Positions 11,898-22,616 of a stretch of 64,000 bases of DNA are shown piece by piece. The stretch lies in contig CAXXLL010000002.1 of the NCBI GenBank assembly GCA_963662545.2, positions 1,600,001-1,664,000 on the forward strand, read 5' to 3'. Position numbers and translations under genes: made by a program. Position 1 is the stretch's first letter; every line of letters begins with the position of its first letter. The notes under the pieces were generated by a model. It saw only the letters and a list, made by a program, of their open reading frames with translations, was not told the origin of the DNA and searched no databases. The DNA is from Gammaproteobacteria bacterium (GTDB lineage Bacteria > Pseudomonadota > Gammaproteobacteria > Ga0077536).

Positions 11898-13282
11898 GGG
11901 TCTACGCGGAAACGTGTGGGTTGATATTGGCATTTCTGGGTAGTGGCGGAAGAAATGCCGCAATGATTTTCAGTTTGAGGAATTCCTCATCACGATAGCC
12001 ATAGGCGCGTCGTTGCAGGACCCGGATTTTGTTGTTGACCCCTTCGACCAATCCAAGACTGACTTTATTCTTAGCATCACAATAGGAAGCAATGCCATCC
12101 CAATGGGATTCAATCAGCTCAGCAAACTTGCGATACGGCGCCAATCGCTGCCATTTCAGACTGTCCTTCCAGCGCTCGAAAAAGGCACGCGCGCCGCGCT
12201 CGGTACGGTAGTCCCAGAGTTGGCCGAAGGTTTCCTTGAGGACGTAGGCGGTGTTCAGACGCCGGTTGGCCTGGAGCAGTTTTTTCAGGGCTCGTCTGCC
12301 ATCCAGATTCAGGTTCTCGCGTCGCGAGAGCAAGGTATATCGCTGGCCTTTGATGTAACTCCTGTCCTTGCCGCGGAGACGTTTGTATTCACGGCGCCGG
12401 ACTTCATCGAGAGCCTTTGAGAGGTGGCGCATGATATGGAACTTGTCATAGATGATCCGCGCCTGCGGTGCGTTGTTCATGACCGAGTTACGGAACGGCT
12501 TCCACATGTCCATCGCCGCCAGTTCGATGCGAGCGCTCTTGTTCTCGCCCAATGCCTGGAAAAACAGGTCGATGTCAGCCTCTTTGCGACCTTCACCACC
12601 GACCCAGATAGGACGCCCCCGATCCAGGTCACTGACGATGACCCGGTAGTTATGTCCTTTGCGGATGGAGATCTCATCAATACCGATGGCCCGGGGTGCT
12701 GGCATGCCCGCCAGCTCAACCTGCTTTTGCATGTACAGCTTATCGAGGTCTTTCACCGTGCTGTGGTGCAGGCGTTCCCTCTCGGCGACAGCCTGGTTCG
12801 GCATGTCCCGGCACAGCTTGCCCACCTGCATGGCAAAGCGCTGCGTATAGCGAGGGTTCTTTGCCAGCCAGTCAAGATGTTCTACCTGCACGCCGCCGCA
12901 CCTCCGGCAACTGACACGCCAGCGTTCGAACTCCAGGTAGATTCGCCATCCGGCAACTGACAGGTCTCGTACTCGCAGCACCTTCTTGTCGTAACGCCCG
13001 CGGCACCGGTGAGCACAGTGAGAACAGATCGCTGTTTTTTTCGCCTCTTGAGTTGGATCACACGGGCATACCGATCACCAAACATGCCCACCAATTTCGA
13101 TGCGGCGGTAAAACCAGGGAACGCAAACAGCGCTCGGATCGACTTGGGATTCTTCATGGCCTTAGCCTACCCACAAAATGAAACCACTTTCACCCCATAC
13201 GAAATCTCTGAATGTCTACATGATTTCAATGGTTTACACTTGGTCTAATTCAGAATTTACCCACATGAATCCGCGTAGACCC
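11898..13282 (-). mobile_element. ISL3-family insertion sequence
   Basis: IR GGGTCTACGCGGA / TCCGCGTAGACCC; 8-bp DR ACTTAATT at 11890 and 13283. Confidence 0.95.
11902..13157 (-). CDS. ISL3 transposase (two frames joined by a -1 shift at an A7 run, 13035-13041)
   Basis: IGIDE, MDMW.PF, DKFH, EGVNNKI....RRAYGYR motifs; the N-terminal ORF 12882..13157 overlaps the main ORF. Confidence 0.85.
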
Positions 13283-13503
13283 ACTTAATTAGTTCGAGAG
13301 CCACCGCCTCGAGCATCATGATGTTCGGTGAATGTCTGCTTTTGAAAATAATGGGCATGATGCAGCATGCAATTCTGACTGAAGGTGACCAGGCCGGGAG
13401 TTCGTGCCCCTGATCCACGCACTACACACTAGCTTGATCATGCGCGCGCGGAAAGGCCGAACCGTTGACGTTCTAGCGCTGTATCGGATTGGGGATCCGG
13501 GTC

Positions 13504-14526
13504 ATGATATCAACCATGCGCCACCGCACATCGGGACCGGCCGCGTTGCTTGCTGCCTTGTTGGTTGTCGTTATCGGAGCGGGACTGTTGATCATCACGA
13601 AAATGCCCGGACGTTCCTTCCGGGGGCCGTTGGCGGCGCTCTCCGCGGAGCAAATCGATCTCGAGGGGCGTCTGAGAGTCCACGTCGAGACCCTCGCCAC
13701 GCGCATCGGTGAGCGTAACTTGTTGCGGCATTCGGCCCTGACTCGCGCCGCCCAATACATCGACGACACGCTGGCGACCGTGGGCTTTCGATCGCAGTCG
13801 CAGGAGTACTATGTTCAGGGCAAACCGGTACGCAATATCGAGGTCGAGTTGACCGGCGCGGAGCCAAGCCGTGGGATCGTGCTGGTTGGCGCACACTACG
13901 ATTCGGTAGCAGGCTCGCCCGGCGCGAATGACAATGGCACTGGCGTCGCGGCCCTGATCGAGCTGGCGCGGGCGCTTAAAGGCCACCGGCTGCGACGCAG
14001 CGTGCGTCTGGTTGCATTCGTCAACGAGGAACCGCCGTTCTTCTACTCCGACGCGATGGGTAGCCTGCGCTACGCGAAGCGCATGGCCGAACGGAGCGAA
14101 GAGCTGGTGGCGATGCTGTCGCTCGAGACCATCGGCTATTATTCCGATGCTCCCGGAAGCCAGCGTTACCCATTCCCGTTGGGCTTCTTCTACCCCGATA
14201 CCGGGAACTTCATCGGCTTCGTGGGCAACCTGCGCTCGAAAGCGCTGGTGCGCCGAGCCGTGCAGAGCTTTCGTGAGCACGCCCGCTTCCCGTCCGAAGG
14301 TCTCGCTGCTCCCGGCTGGCTCACCGGCGTCGGCTGGTCCGACCATTGGTCGTTCTGGCAAGCCGGGTTCCCGGCCATCATGGTGACGGATACCGCGCTA
14401 TTTCGGTACCGGGAATACCACACGCCGGCGGACCAACCCGGGGTCGTGAATTACGGGCGATTCGCTCGGGTGGTGGACGGTCTCGTTCAGGTAGTCATCG
14501 AGCTGGCCGACGGCGACGCGCCATAG
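13504..14526 (+). CDS. M28 family peptidase
   Basis: VGAHYDS, GANDNGTG, NEEPP, SDHWSF, YHT. Confidence 0.92.
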   Translation: MISTMRHRTSGPAALLAALLVVVIGAGLLIITKMPGRSFRGPLAALSAEQIDLEGRLRVHVETLATRIGERNLLRHSALTRAAQYIDDTLATVGFRSQSQEYYVQGKPVRNIEVELTGAEPSRGIVLVGAHYDSVAGSPGANDNGTGVAALIELARALKGHRLRRSVRLVAFVNEEPPFFYSDAMGSLRYAKRMAERSEELVAMLSLETIGYYSDAPGSQRYPFPLGFFYPDTGNFIGFVGNLRSKALVRRAVQSFREHARFPSEGLAAPGWLTGVGWSDHWSFWQAGFPAIMVTDTALFRYREYHTPADQPGVVNYGRFARVVDGLVQVVIELADGDAP

Positions 14527-14651
14527 GGGTTGGCGCCTTCTTCGTTGAAGCACTTCCTCAAACGGAACATAAATAGATTCGGGACGAATAACACGCCTGC
14601 CGAAACGGGTGGACTTCACGTGTCAAAGTAAAACGGGCCAGGTAGCCAACT

Positions 14652-16640
14652 ATGCCGAGAACACGCGTGGGCCGACCTCCAATCCTCATGACTGTACGCG
14701 GCGTTACCAAACCGCTACAGCAATGGGCGGCTGACAACGGGCTCTAAAGGATCCCCACGAATTCATACGAATTCAGCCTGGCCGGTGATTAAGGCGTTGA
14801 GTTGTGGAAAGGCGCTTTCGAGGTCAGCGCGCGACAGTTTAAAGCGGTGACTGCGCCACAGCTGATGTCCCAAAAAAGGTAGAGACAACACCGGTCGTCG
14901 TCGTTCGGTATTCGCCTGAAAATGGCGTGCCCACTGTTTGGCTTGCGCGGCAAGGCCGGTAATCCAAAGGACGAGGCTCGCTAATAGCGCGATGAGCAGC
15001 AAGATCTCAAGGCGTTTCGTATCGGTGCACCGTGCATAGCGTAAGGCGAAGCCCCAACGATGGTTTTTGAGGTCCCGAAAGGCTTCTTCAATTTGCATAC
15101 GTTGAGCGTAAGCGCGCATGATTTTGTTGCCGCTACCGCGAGCATACGGTAAGGAGGTAGCGAGCAGCCAGGGAGCGCGGTGTAAGCGACGATATAAGCG
15201 GCCATTGGTACCGTAACTTTTGCGTTTCGCGTGTCGTCCCGGTGCGCGATGATAGGCACGCACGAGATAGAGCCGACACCAGTAACGATGGCGTTTGGAC
15301 AGGCAGCGTTGACCGATATGTTGAACCTTGGGCGTCGCTTGCGGGTAAAGCGAATGAACGTAGCACCAGCGTCCAGTCTCGGGTTTGAAGTACTTGATGG
15401 TATTTCGGATGCGTCCGATCCAATCCCAGCCCAATGCTTCGACCGCTCTAAACCAGGGGCCACGGAAGCCGGCATCGGTGACGACGATGGGGCACACCTC
15501 ACGGGGTAGTATTCGATGAAGGGTTTTCAGGAACAGGCGATGGATTCGGGGGTTATTATAGCGCCGTAGCGGATGCACTTCCTCGTACAGCGTGATGGCT
15601 CGACCGGCGATGGGGACAGCCGCTCTTAAGATGAGCATCTCTCGTTCAAGCTCGCAATCGGCCCAATCTACAATGATGAGCGGGCGCGCTATCCCTGACA
15701 ACACAGTGCGGGCCAGGGCGGCGTAGATGCCGTGTCGTTCTTGCTGAAGATGACGGTTGCCAAGTCAGGCGGTCTACGGCTTTGATGTGATGTTTGACGA
15801 AAGCTGAGCCGCTGCGATGTCGTCCTAGGTGTGTCAATGCCAGCTTGCCACCATCGAGTAGTGCGACGACTACCCGGAGCGTGGCATCGAGTCGCGCCCG
15901 ATGTCCGATGACGGCATTGCGCTCGCACCATTTTTTTAACAAGCTAATAGCGTGCATGCTGCTGCTCCTGACCTTAATGATTGTGTGGTAACGACCATTA
16001 GATCAGGCGGCAGCAGGCACGTCGATCATCTAACTGTTTGTATTCTTTGCATGAAACGTCTTAAATCGTGGGGATACATCAGCAAGGGCTACACCCCCAG
16101 TCCATTCGCAGACGACTGAAAAAGGGCGCAACCCCAGCGGAAGCGGTTGCCAAAGTTCAAAGCAGAACCCGACTCATTACCATTAACGGTAAGACGCGTT
16201 CGCTTGCCGAATGGCTGCGGCATTACAACCGCAACGACGTGACATTCTATTGGCGTATCGCCCGGGGCTATTCCGAGCAGGATGCAATTACTACCCAGCT
16301 ACAAAAACGAAAATCTGCTTTACCTCGTGCCGATAAATACGACACACCGCTTAAGGGTCGATCGGGCGTTTATTCCATTCGATGCAAGTCAACCAAGCGA
16401 TACTATATTGGAAGCAGCACAAATCTGCTGAATACGAAGACGCGTTGGTCATCTAACCTAAATGCCCAAAGCAAACGCTCATTGCCGAAGCGATTGTTGC
16501 CCGATTTGCAGAAACACGGTGCCGACAGCTTTGAGTTCCACGTACTCACGTTCTGCGAACCCGACCGCATACAATCAAGAAAAGCGACATTGTTACGCCA
16601 AGCACAAAGGAAACATCTGCGTAGGCTCTATAACCCTTGA
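14652..16640 (+). pseudogene. GIY-YIG endonuclease gene (homing-endonuclease-like) interrupted by an IS4-family element
   Basis: Rejoined frame MPRTRVGRPPILMTVRGVTKPLQQWAADNG|LHPQSIRRR...ITINGKTRSLAEW...SGVYSIRCKSTKRYYIGSS. Confidence 0.75.
14744..16082 (-). mobile_element. IS4-family (IS10-like) element with frameshifted transposase (14763..15957)
   Basis: IR CTAAAGGATCCCCACGA / TCGTGGGGATACATCAG; near-DR CAACGGGCT / CAAGGGCT; VDW, TDAGF and Y..RMQIEE.FRDLK motifs; extra base near 15765. Confidence 0.88.
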
Positions 16641-16922
16641 AAACTCACCGTTCGGCACTAATCGCTTTGGCCAGAGGGTGAGAAAGAGGAATAAGAAGCC
16701 GCCGATCAAGCTCACGTCCGCTTAGCCCGAAAGCAGCCATCATCGGCGATGCAAATCCCACACTTGATCATGACGGCTTACGGCCAACGGACGAAACCGC
16801 TATCGCGGTAGTGGTTAGCGAGGTTGTGGCGGAGTAGTAGTCAGTTCAGTTAGCGAGATGGGCCCGCCCTGTGTTGAGGTTGTTATCGGAAAACAACGAC
16901 CCACAACACAGGAGACAGGCCC

Positions 16923-17804
16923 ATGACCCAGTCTAACAATTCCATCAGCCCTTTACGTCAACGCATGATCGACGACATGACCTTGCGTCAGCTGCAGGAG
17001 AAAACGCAGAGCGGATATCTGCGTTCCGTCAAACGCTTGACGAAGTTTCTGGGTCGCTCACCGGATAGCGCGTCAGCCGAAGACCTGCGCGCGTTTCAAA
17101 AACAGTTGGTTGAACACGGCGCGTCGAGCGCGACCATCAATGCCACGATCCGCGGTCTACGGTTCTTCTTCGAGACCACCTTGGAACGCCCAGCGGCACT
17201 CAAACGGATGAGTCCGGTGCGGGTGCCGGAGCGCTTGCCGGTAGTCTTGAGCGTTGCAGACGTCACCCGCTTACTAGACGCCGCGCCCAATCTGAAGTCG
17301 AAAGCCGCGCTGTCGGTGGCCTACGGTGCCGGCTTACGCGCCAGCGAAGTCTGCCACCTCAAAATCACCGACATCGACAGTGAACGGATGATTATCCGGG
17401 TCGAGCAGGGTAAAGGTTCGCGCGACCGTCAAGCGATGCTCTCGCCCGCTTTGTTAGGTTTACTGCGCGCCTGGTGGCGCGACGGTCATCGCCGCGGCAA
17501 GATGCTCCCCAAGGGTTGGCTGTTCCCCGGCAGGGATCCCGTTGACCCGCTCTCACCTCGTCAACTCAATCGCATGTGTCACTTCGCCGCGGCCACCGCC
17601 GAGTTGGATAAACAGATCTCCATGCACACCCTACGCCACAGTTTCGCGACGCACTTGCTCGAACAGCAGATCGATATCCGGGTCATCCAGGTATTACTTG
17701 GCCACAAGAAGCTGACCACCACGGCGCGCTATGCCCATGTCGCAACGAAGGTGTTGAGCGACGTACAAAGTCCCCTCGACCGGCTGAGCTTACCGACGCC
17801 GTAA
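16923..17804 (+). CDS. Tyrosine recombinase / site-specific integrase
   Basis: YGAGLRASE, GKG, HTLRHSFATHLLE, LLGH, TARY catalytic residues; N-terminal SAM-like domain. Confidence 0.95.
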   Translation: MTQSNNSISPLRQRMIDDMTLRQLQEKTQSGYLRSVKRLTKFLGRSPDSASAEDLRAFQKQLVEHGASSATINATIRGLRFFFETTLERPAALKRMSPVRVPERLPVVLSVADVTRLLDAAPNLKSKAALSVAYGAGLRASEVCHLKITDIDSERMIIRVEQGKGSRDRQAMLSPALLGLLRAWWRDGHRRGKMLPKGWLFPGRDPVDPLSPRQLNRMCHFAAATAELDKQISMHTLRHSFATHLLEQQIDIRVIQVLLGHKKLTTTARYAHVATKVLSDVQSPLDRLSLPTP

Positions 17805-17805
17805 C

Positions 17806-18960
17806 GTGGCGCGGCCACCGCTCGAGGTGGCAGATATTTTTAGACGCGACGGCGCGACCTGGCGTCAAGCGCATGCCGGTCATATCAGCCTCGGCCAACT
17901 CAAGGTCATGTCTGCCATCGAACACTGCCGCACCGAGGCGCTCGGCGGGCACCTGTTGCATTGCGAGCCGTGCGATGCAGAGCGTATTGCCTATAACTCG
18001 TGCAGGAACCGCCATTGTCCGAAATGTCAGGGACGTAAAGCAGCGCAATGGCTCGAACACCGTCAAGCAGAGCTGCTACCGGTTGAGTATTACCATGTCG
18101 TGTTCACTCTACCGGCCCAGATCGCCGAGTTTGCCTATCAGAATAAAGCCGTGGTCTATGACCTGCTGCTCAGAGTGTCTGCCCAGACACTCCTCATCAT
18201 CGCCGCCGATCCGAAACACCTGGGCGCCCAGATCGCAATGACCTCCGTGCTGCATACCTGGGGCTCGGCACTCACCCATCATCCGCATGTCCATTGCATC
18301 GTGCCCGGCGGCGGACTCGATGGCGAGACCTGGGTGCCGTGCAAACGGGGGTTCTTCCTGCCGGTACGGGTGTTGTCGCGACTGTTCCGGCGCTTGTTTC
18401 TGGAGCGGCTCCACCAGGCACACCGTGACGGGCAGCTACACTTCTGCGGTGACTTGGCGACTCTCGCCAACCGCGCATCGTTCGACCAGTATCTGGCACC
18501 ATTGGCGCAAACCGATTGGTTCGTCTATGCCAAACAACCTTTTGCCGGACCCCAAGCCGTGCTCGCTTATCTGTCGCGCTACACCCACCGCCTCGCCATC
18601 TCCAACCATCGGCTCATCGCCCATGATGCGCGTGGCGTCACCTTCCAATGGCAGGACTATCGCAGCAAACGCCGGGTGCGCTACCAACCCATGACGCTCG
18701 CCACCGATGAGTTCATCCGGCGCTTCCTGAACCACGTCTTACCCAGGGGCTTCCATCGCATCCGTCATTACGGCTTGCTCGCCAATCCGGTGCGACGCGA
18801 TAACCTGGCCCGCTTGCGCCGAGCACTCGATATGCACCACGAGCCCGACGTCGAAACACAACCAATTACGACACCTTCGCCGACCTTCGTGTGTCGAACC
18901 TGTGGCGCGCCCTTACAGATCGTCGAGATCCTAAACCCGAGAACTCGGTCACCGCCATGA
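17806..18960 (+). CDS. IS91-family (Y2/HUH) transposase
   Basis: YNSCRNRHCPKCQ zinc-binding domain, HPHVH, YLSRY, RIRHYG. Confidence 0.95.
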   Translation: MARPPLEVADIFRRDGATWRQAHAGHISLGQLKVMSAIEHCRTEALGGHLLHCEPCDAERIAYNSCRNRHCPKCQGRKAAQWLEHRQAELLPVEYYHVVFTLPAQIAEFAYQNKAVVYDLLLRVSAQTLLIIAADPKHLGAQIAMTSVLHTWGSALTHHPHVHCIVPGGGLDGETWVPCKRGFFLPVRVLSRLFRRLFLERLHQAHRDGQLHFCGDLATLANRASFDQYLAPLAQTDWFVYAKQPFAGPQAVLAYLSRYTHRLAISNHRLIAHDARGVTFQWQDYRSKRRVRYQPMTLATDEFIRRFLNHVLPRGFHRIRHYGLLANPVRRDNLARLRRALDMHHEPDVETQPITTPSPTFVCRTCGAPLQIVEILNPRTRSPP

Positions 18961-19370
18961 CATCGGCTTCTACTGACAACAATGACAGGCAGCACGCAGC
19001 GGTGTTGGCGATCTCTTATTGCCTCAGCCGTGGCAGACACCCGAACCGCGCGATCAAAACCAACCGATCACTCGCTAAAACCGCTCTCAAAAGCATCGAT
19101 AGCGCCGACATCGGACTTCGAATCGCCGCGCACCACCACACCGTCGACCCACTGCCCTAAACAATCCCCATAGCCACGCCCCGCGGTTTCCTCCCCTGGG
19201 CGTTATCGAACATCCGCCTCAACGCTGTCGCAGAACCGCGCCCTTGTGCCGTTGCGGGTGTCCAATAACCCTAACCATGAGCGGATCCGTATGGTGTGTG
19301 TGGTTTGTAATTTGTGTTCCTTTGATGGCGGCCTATTCTTAACAATAGAAAAACGTATGAGAATGGCGTT

Positions 19371-20336
19371 ATGCGAAAACTAGCACTCTGTGCGTTTTGC
19401 GTGTTGTGCGTAGCGTGTACGACTTCTTACCAACCAAATCGCCAAGTCGTAGTTCCTCCAGTTCATAACGACAAGATTGACCCAGCCAGGTCATCTCGGT
19501 ATATCCCGAGCCAGGAAGAAGAAGAAAAAGCGAAGGCGCGCCCTGCTGAAAAAGCTACGGTAAGCCTTATTGAACTGGTCGCGACCCGGACGGCGGTGGA
19601 TGCGTCGAGATACACGTTCGACCTCGTCGTGGAGCTCGCGCCCCAACTCGCGGGCTTCGATCCCGACGTGGCCCATGGAACGGGCACTGGGACGCTTCGG
19701 GGCGCTCGACGTGGCGCGTTGGGCTGCATCAAGGCAGGGGCATGGATGGATATTGGCAGTGGCCACTTTGTTGTCCTCGGGATCCTGCTCTCTCCAGCCT
19801 GCGCTGTTATCGGCGGGTTGGTGGGAGCCGCCTCCGCTGAGTCGAAAGAAGACGCCGCAGCCCGTATGATCGAGGCGCTGAGCAAGACGGCAGCCGACCT
19901 CGGGTATCCTGAAGAGCTGCCCCGCCTCCTGGCGATGGAGCTTCAGGCGAACTCAATCTACCGAATCCACTCCGGGGGTGGACGCGAGACGAGCGGTGCT
20001 GGACAGGAGGAGACACCCAACGCCTCGATCCACGTCCGCATAACCGAGTACGGTCTGACCCGCTTTGGGGTCGGGGCCTACTTTCAGCTGCAGCTCTCCG
20101 CCGTCGTTTGCGTCACCGCAAACGAGACTGGCGAGGCACTCTCGTTCGAGAAGCTGGCGGTGCGTTCCGATGAATTTTACCTGACGGAATCGGGCGCAAG
20201 ATCATCACACTCATTCTTAGAGGCCCTCACGACCGCGCTCACCAGAAAACTGGCCACCTCTGCCGAGGAGGCGTTCGGCCATCTGGTTTCACTCGGGGAT
20301 AAGCCGTCCTGCTCATGGCAAGACGGTCCAACCTGA
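19371..20336 (+). CDS. Hypothetical lipoprotein
   Basis: Lipobox-like CVAC after a hydrophobic signal; 321-aa ORF. Confidence 0.65.
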   Translation: MRKLALCAFCVLCVACTTSYQPNRQVVVPPVHNDKIDPARSSRYIPSQEEEEKAKARPAEKATVSLIELVATRTAVDASRYTFDLVVELAPQLAGFDPDVAHGTGTGTLRGARRGALGCIKAGAWMDIGSGHFVVLGILLSPACAVIGGLVGAASAESKEDAAARMIEALSKTAADLGYPEELPRLLAMELQANSIYRIHSGGGRETSGAGQEETPNASIHVRITEYGLTRFGVGAYFQLQLSAVVCVTANETGEALSFEKLAVRSDEFYLTESGARSSHSFLEALTTALTRKLATSAEEAFGHLVSLGDKPSCSWQDGPT

Positions 20337-20410
20337 GGGCGAAGTTCAGATTGCCGCGGAATCTCTGATGCACCCTGATATCTTTTCGCTATCGTCGACT
20401 AAGAACGAAC

Positions 20411-20730
20411 GACCGCTTCGGGTCGTCAGCGGCCGGATCGTGGCAACACAGCACTGCTCTAGATTACGTCTGCAATGCGCTCGTAAGCGGCCATTCAGCT
20501 TGTTTAGAAAACATCGCTGGAGGTGACTTCGGCTTCCGGCCGAGGCTGTGTCAAAAGTCGAAAAATGGAGCCCGCCGCGAAAATTTTCCCCACTTAGGTA
20601 AGATGAACGGGTCGATGTTATGCACGATTGATTAAGGGAACGCACCGCCTAAGGTAGGCGAATCGGGTTAAACTTCTCCCACTTTCAAAATTCGAAAATA
20701 CTTTTGACACAGCCTCGGCCAATAACAGAC
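20411..20730 (+). repeat. Tripartite site copy S3 (A-33-B-35-C; MITE in C)
   Basis: A GACCGCT-TCGGGTCGTC-AGCGGCC at 20411; B GTCTGCA-ATGCGCTCGTA-AGCGGCC at 20468; C starts at 20528. Confidence 0.85.
20542..20716. mobile_element. MITE, 175 bp, IS1182-like ends
   Basis: IR GAGGCTGTGTCAAAAG / CTTTTGACACAGCCTC; 4-bp DR GGCC; near-identical to 41074..41240. Confidence 0.88.
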
Positions 20731-20849
20731 CTTATGAGTTGTTGCTCTGAGCTCGATTATTCGACGGGCATCGATTTGAAGTGCGCGCGGGTGTCTAACG
20801 GAGTTACTCTTGACAGTGGGCATACAGCAATAGTGGCGAGGAGTCGAAT

Positions 20850-21716
20850 ATGGCGCGCGTTGGAGTGATAAAGGAGATTTGGCGTTTTCCGGTGAAATCG
20901 ATGCAGGGCGACACAATCGAGCGCTGCAAGGTCACTCAAACCGGCGTCGCGGGTGACCGGTGCTGGGCGATGCGCGACGAGGGACGGGCGGAGATTACAT
21001 GGGGCAAGCGTTATCCGCAGCTCATGCTGTGCTCGGCGCGGTATCGCGCCGAGCCGAGCGATGATGCGATCACACCGGTCGTTATCACGTTCCCCGACGG
21101 GCAAACGATCGGCAGCGACGATGCGCGGGTCAACGCTAAACTGAGCGAATTGATCGAGCGTGATGCGACGTTGCGCGCAATCGAACCAGCTAGCAATCTC
21201 GAATTCTACAAGCGCCACAAACCGGACGAACAAGTATTCCTTGAGGAAATGACGGAGCTTTTCGCGCGCGAGCCGGGCGAACCGGTACCGGAGATGTCTC
21301 TGTTCCCAGAGGTGCTGATGGATCATGTCGCGGTCCCCGGCACTTTTTTCGACAATGAGGAGATCCATATGATCACCACGGCGTCGATGGACTACATGCG
21401 CAGGAAAAATCCCGGCGCGAACTGGGATATCCGGCGTTTTCGTCCGAACTTCTACATCGAGACCGACCCGGCGGTAACGGGCCTGGTCGAAAACGACTGG
21501 GTCGGCAAGACTCTGGCGATCGGCTCGGCAACCCTCGAGATCACCATGCCGACGGTGCGTTGCGGTATGACCGTAAGACCACAAGCCGATATCGAATATG
21601 ACAAATCGATATTGCGCACTGTGGTGAAGGAAGGCGACCAATGCCTTGGCGTTGGCGCCCATGTGCGCGTGCCCGGTGAAATCAAACAGGGCGACACGGT
21701 TGAACTGAACGACTAA
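20850..21716 (+). CDS. MOSC-domain protein
   Basis: IWRFPVKSM.G, GDR.WA, RRFRPN, RC.M. Confidence 0.92.
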   Translation: MARVGVIKEIWRFPVKSMQGDTIERCKVTQTGVAGDRCWAMRDEGRAEITWGKRYPQLMLCSARYRAEPSDDAITPVVITFPDGQTIGSDDARVNAKLSELIERDATLRAIEPASNLEFYKRHKPDEQVFLEEMTELFAREPGEPVPEMSLFPEVLMDHVAVPGTFFDNEEIHMITTASMDYMRRKNPGANWDIRRFRPNFYIETDPAVTGLVENDWVGKTLAIGSATLEITMPTVRCGMTVRPQADIEYDKSILRTVVKEGDQCLGVGAHVRVPGEIKQGDTVELND

Positions 21717-21855
21717 CAATTGGACGCGCTGCGCCACTTGGCAGACAAAGAGCGGCGCAATGATATCGAATCACAGCGGCGTCGGAGCAACGCCTGTGTA
21801 ATATGTCGGAGACGGCTATCCGTCCCCGTTCGCACAACGAACTTGGAGAGCAGAT

Positions 21856-22563
21856 ATGGCGGAGCAAGCCCCCAAGAAAATCGACCTCGCAAGCGTCGAT
21901 CATGTTATGAAGACCACGCGCACGGTCCGTCTGCGCCTCGACCTCGAGCGATCCGTTCCGGAATCACTGATCGAAGAAGCGATCGAAGTGGCGCTCCAGG
22001 CACCGACCGGAGCGAATTCTCAGACCTGGCGCTTCGTCGTAGTCACGGATGAACATTTACGCTCGGGTATAGCTGACCTGTATCGCCAGGGGGCGGAGCG
22101 TTACCTGGCCGGTGAAACCGGAGTAACGCGCACCGGCGTGGCCGTCGATAAACAGTACCCTGACGACGACCCGCGTCAGCAAAGAATGCCTCTAATCGTC
22201 AAATCGGCGGTCCATTTAATAGAAAATCTGCACCGCGTCCCCGTACACATCATGCTTTTCCTGGAAAACCGCTTCGACCACGAAGATGTCTTTACCCAAG
22301 GCTCCATGTGGGGGTCCATTCTACCGGCGGCCTGGTCGTTGATGCTGGCGCTCCGCGCGCGCGGAGTTGCGTCGGCCTGGACGACATTCACTCTGATGTA
22401 TGAAAAAGAGATCCAGGAACTTCTCGGCGTTCCTGCGCATTACACGCAGGCGGTACTGCTACCGGTCGCCTGGCTCAAGGGTGGCGATTTAAGACCCGCG
22501 AAACGCTTCCCGGCGCGCGATGTGACGTTCTGGAACGGCTGGGATAAACAGCGCGCTGAATAG
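21856..22563 (+). CDS. Nitroreductase family protein
   Basis: TTRTVR, QAPTGANSQTWRFVVV, LALRARG. Confidence 0.9.
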   Translation: MAEQAPKKIDLASVDHVMKTTRTVRLRLDLERSVPESLIEEAIEVALQAPTGANSQTWRFVVVTDEHLRSGIADLYRQGAERYLAGETGVTRTGVAVDKQYPDDDPRQQRMPLIVKSAVHLIENLHRVPVHIMLFLENRFDHEDVFTQGSMWGSILPAAWSLMLALRARGVASAWTTFTLMYEKEIQELLGVPAHYTQAVLLPVAWLKGGDLRPAKRFPARDVTFWNGWDKQRAE

Positions 22564-22616
22564 CCGCTAATGGTTTGAGGTCAGAGTACAAGAACCTACA
22601 AGGTCTGCTTAGGGTC

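Larger units (their letters stand above)
11648..13358 (-). pseudogene. DUF1840 family gene interrupted by ISL3
   Basis: Removing the IS and one DR gives MPIIFKSRHSPNIMMLEAVALELIKLMGHSGTVPGSL...HRALPLIEMLK..VIWD. Confidence 0.8.
16787..19277 (+). mobile_element. Tyrosine recombinase plus IS91-family transposase element (~2.5 kb)
   Basis: Two-gene module bounded by CCA at both junctions; internal IR GGACGAAACCGC / GCGGTTTCCTCC. Confidence 0.75.
16716..19286 (+). repeat. Tripartite site copy S2 (B-like plus C; C split by the integrase-IS91 element)
   Basis: GTCCGCT-N9-AGCAGCC, 33 nt, then GACGGCT-TACGGCCA|TG-AGCGGAT after removing 16787..19277. Confidence 0.7.

Noticed and set aside
15760-15770. 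Programmed frameshift in the IS10-like transposase
   Set aside because: It is a single extra base with no slippery run, so more likely a mutation or sequencing error.
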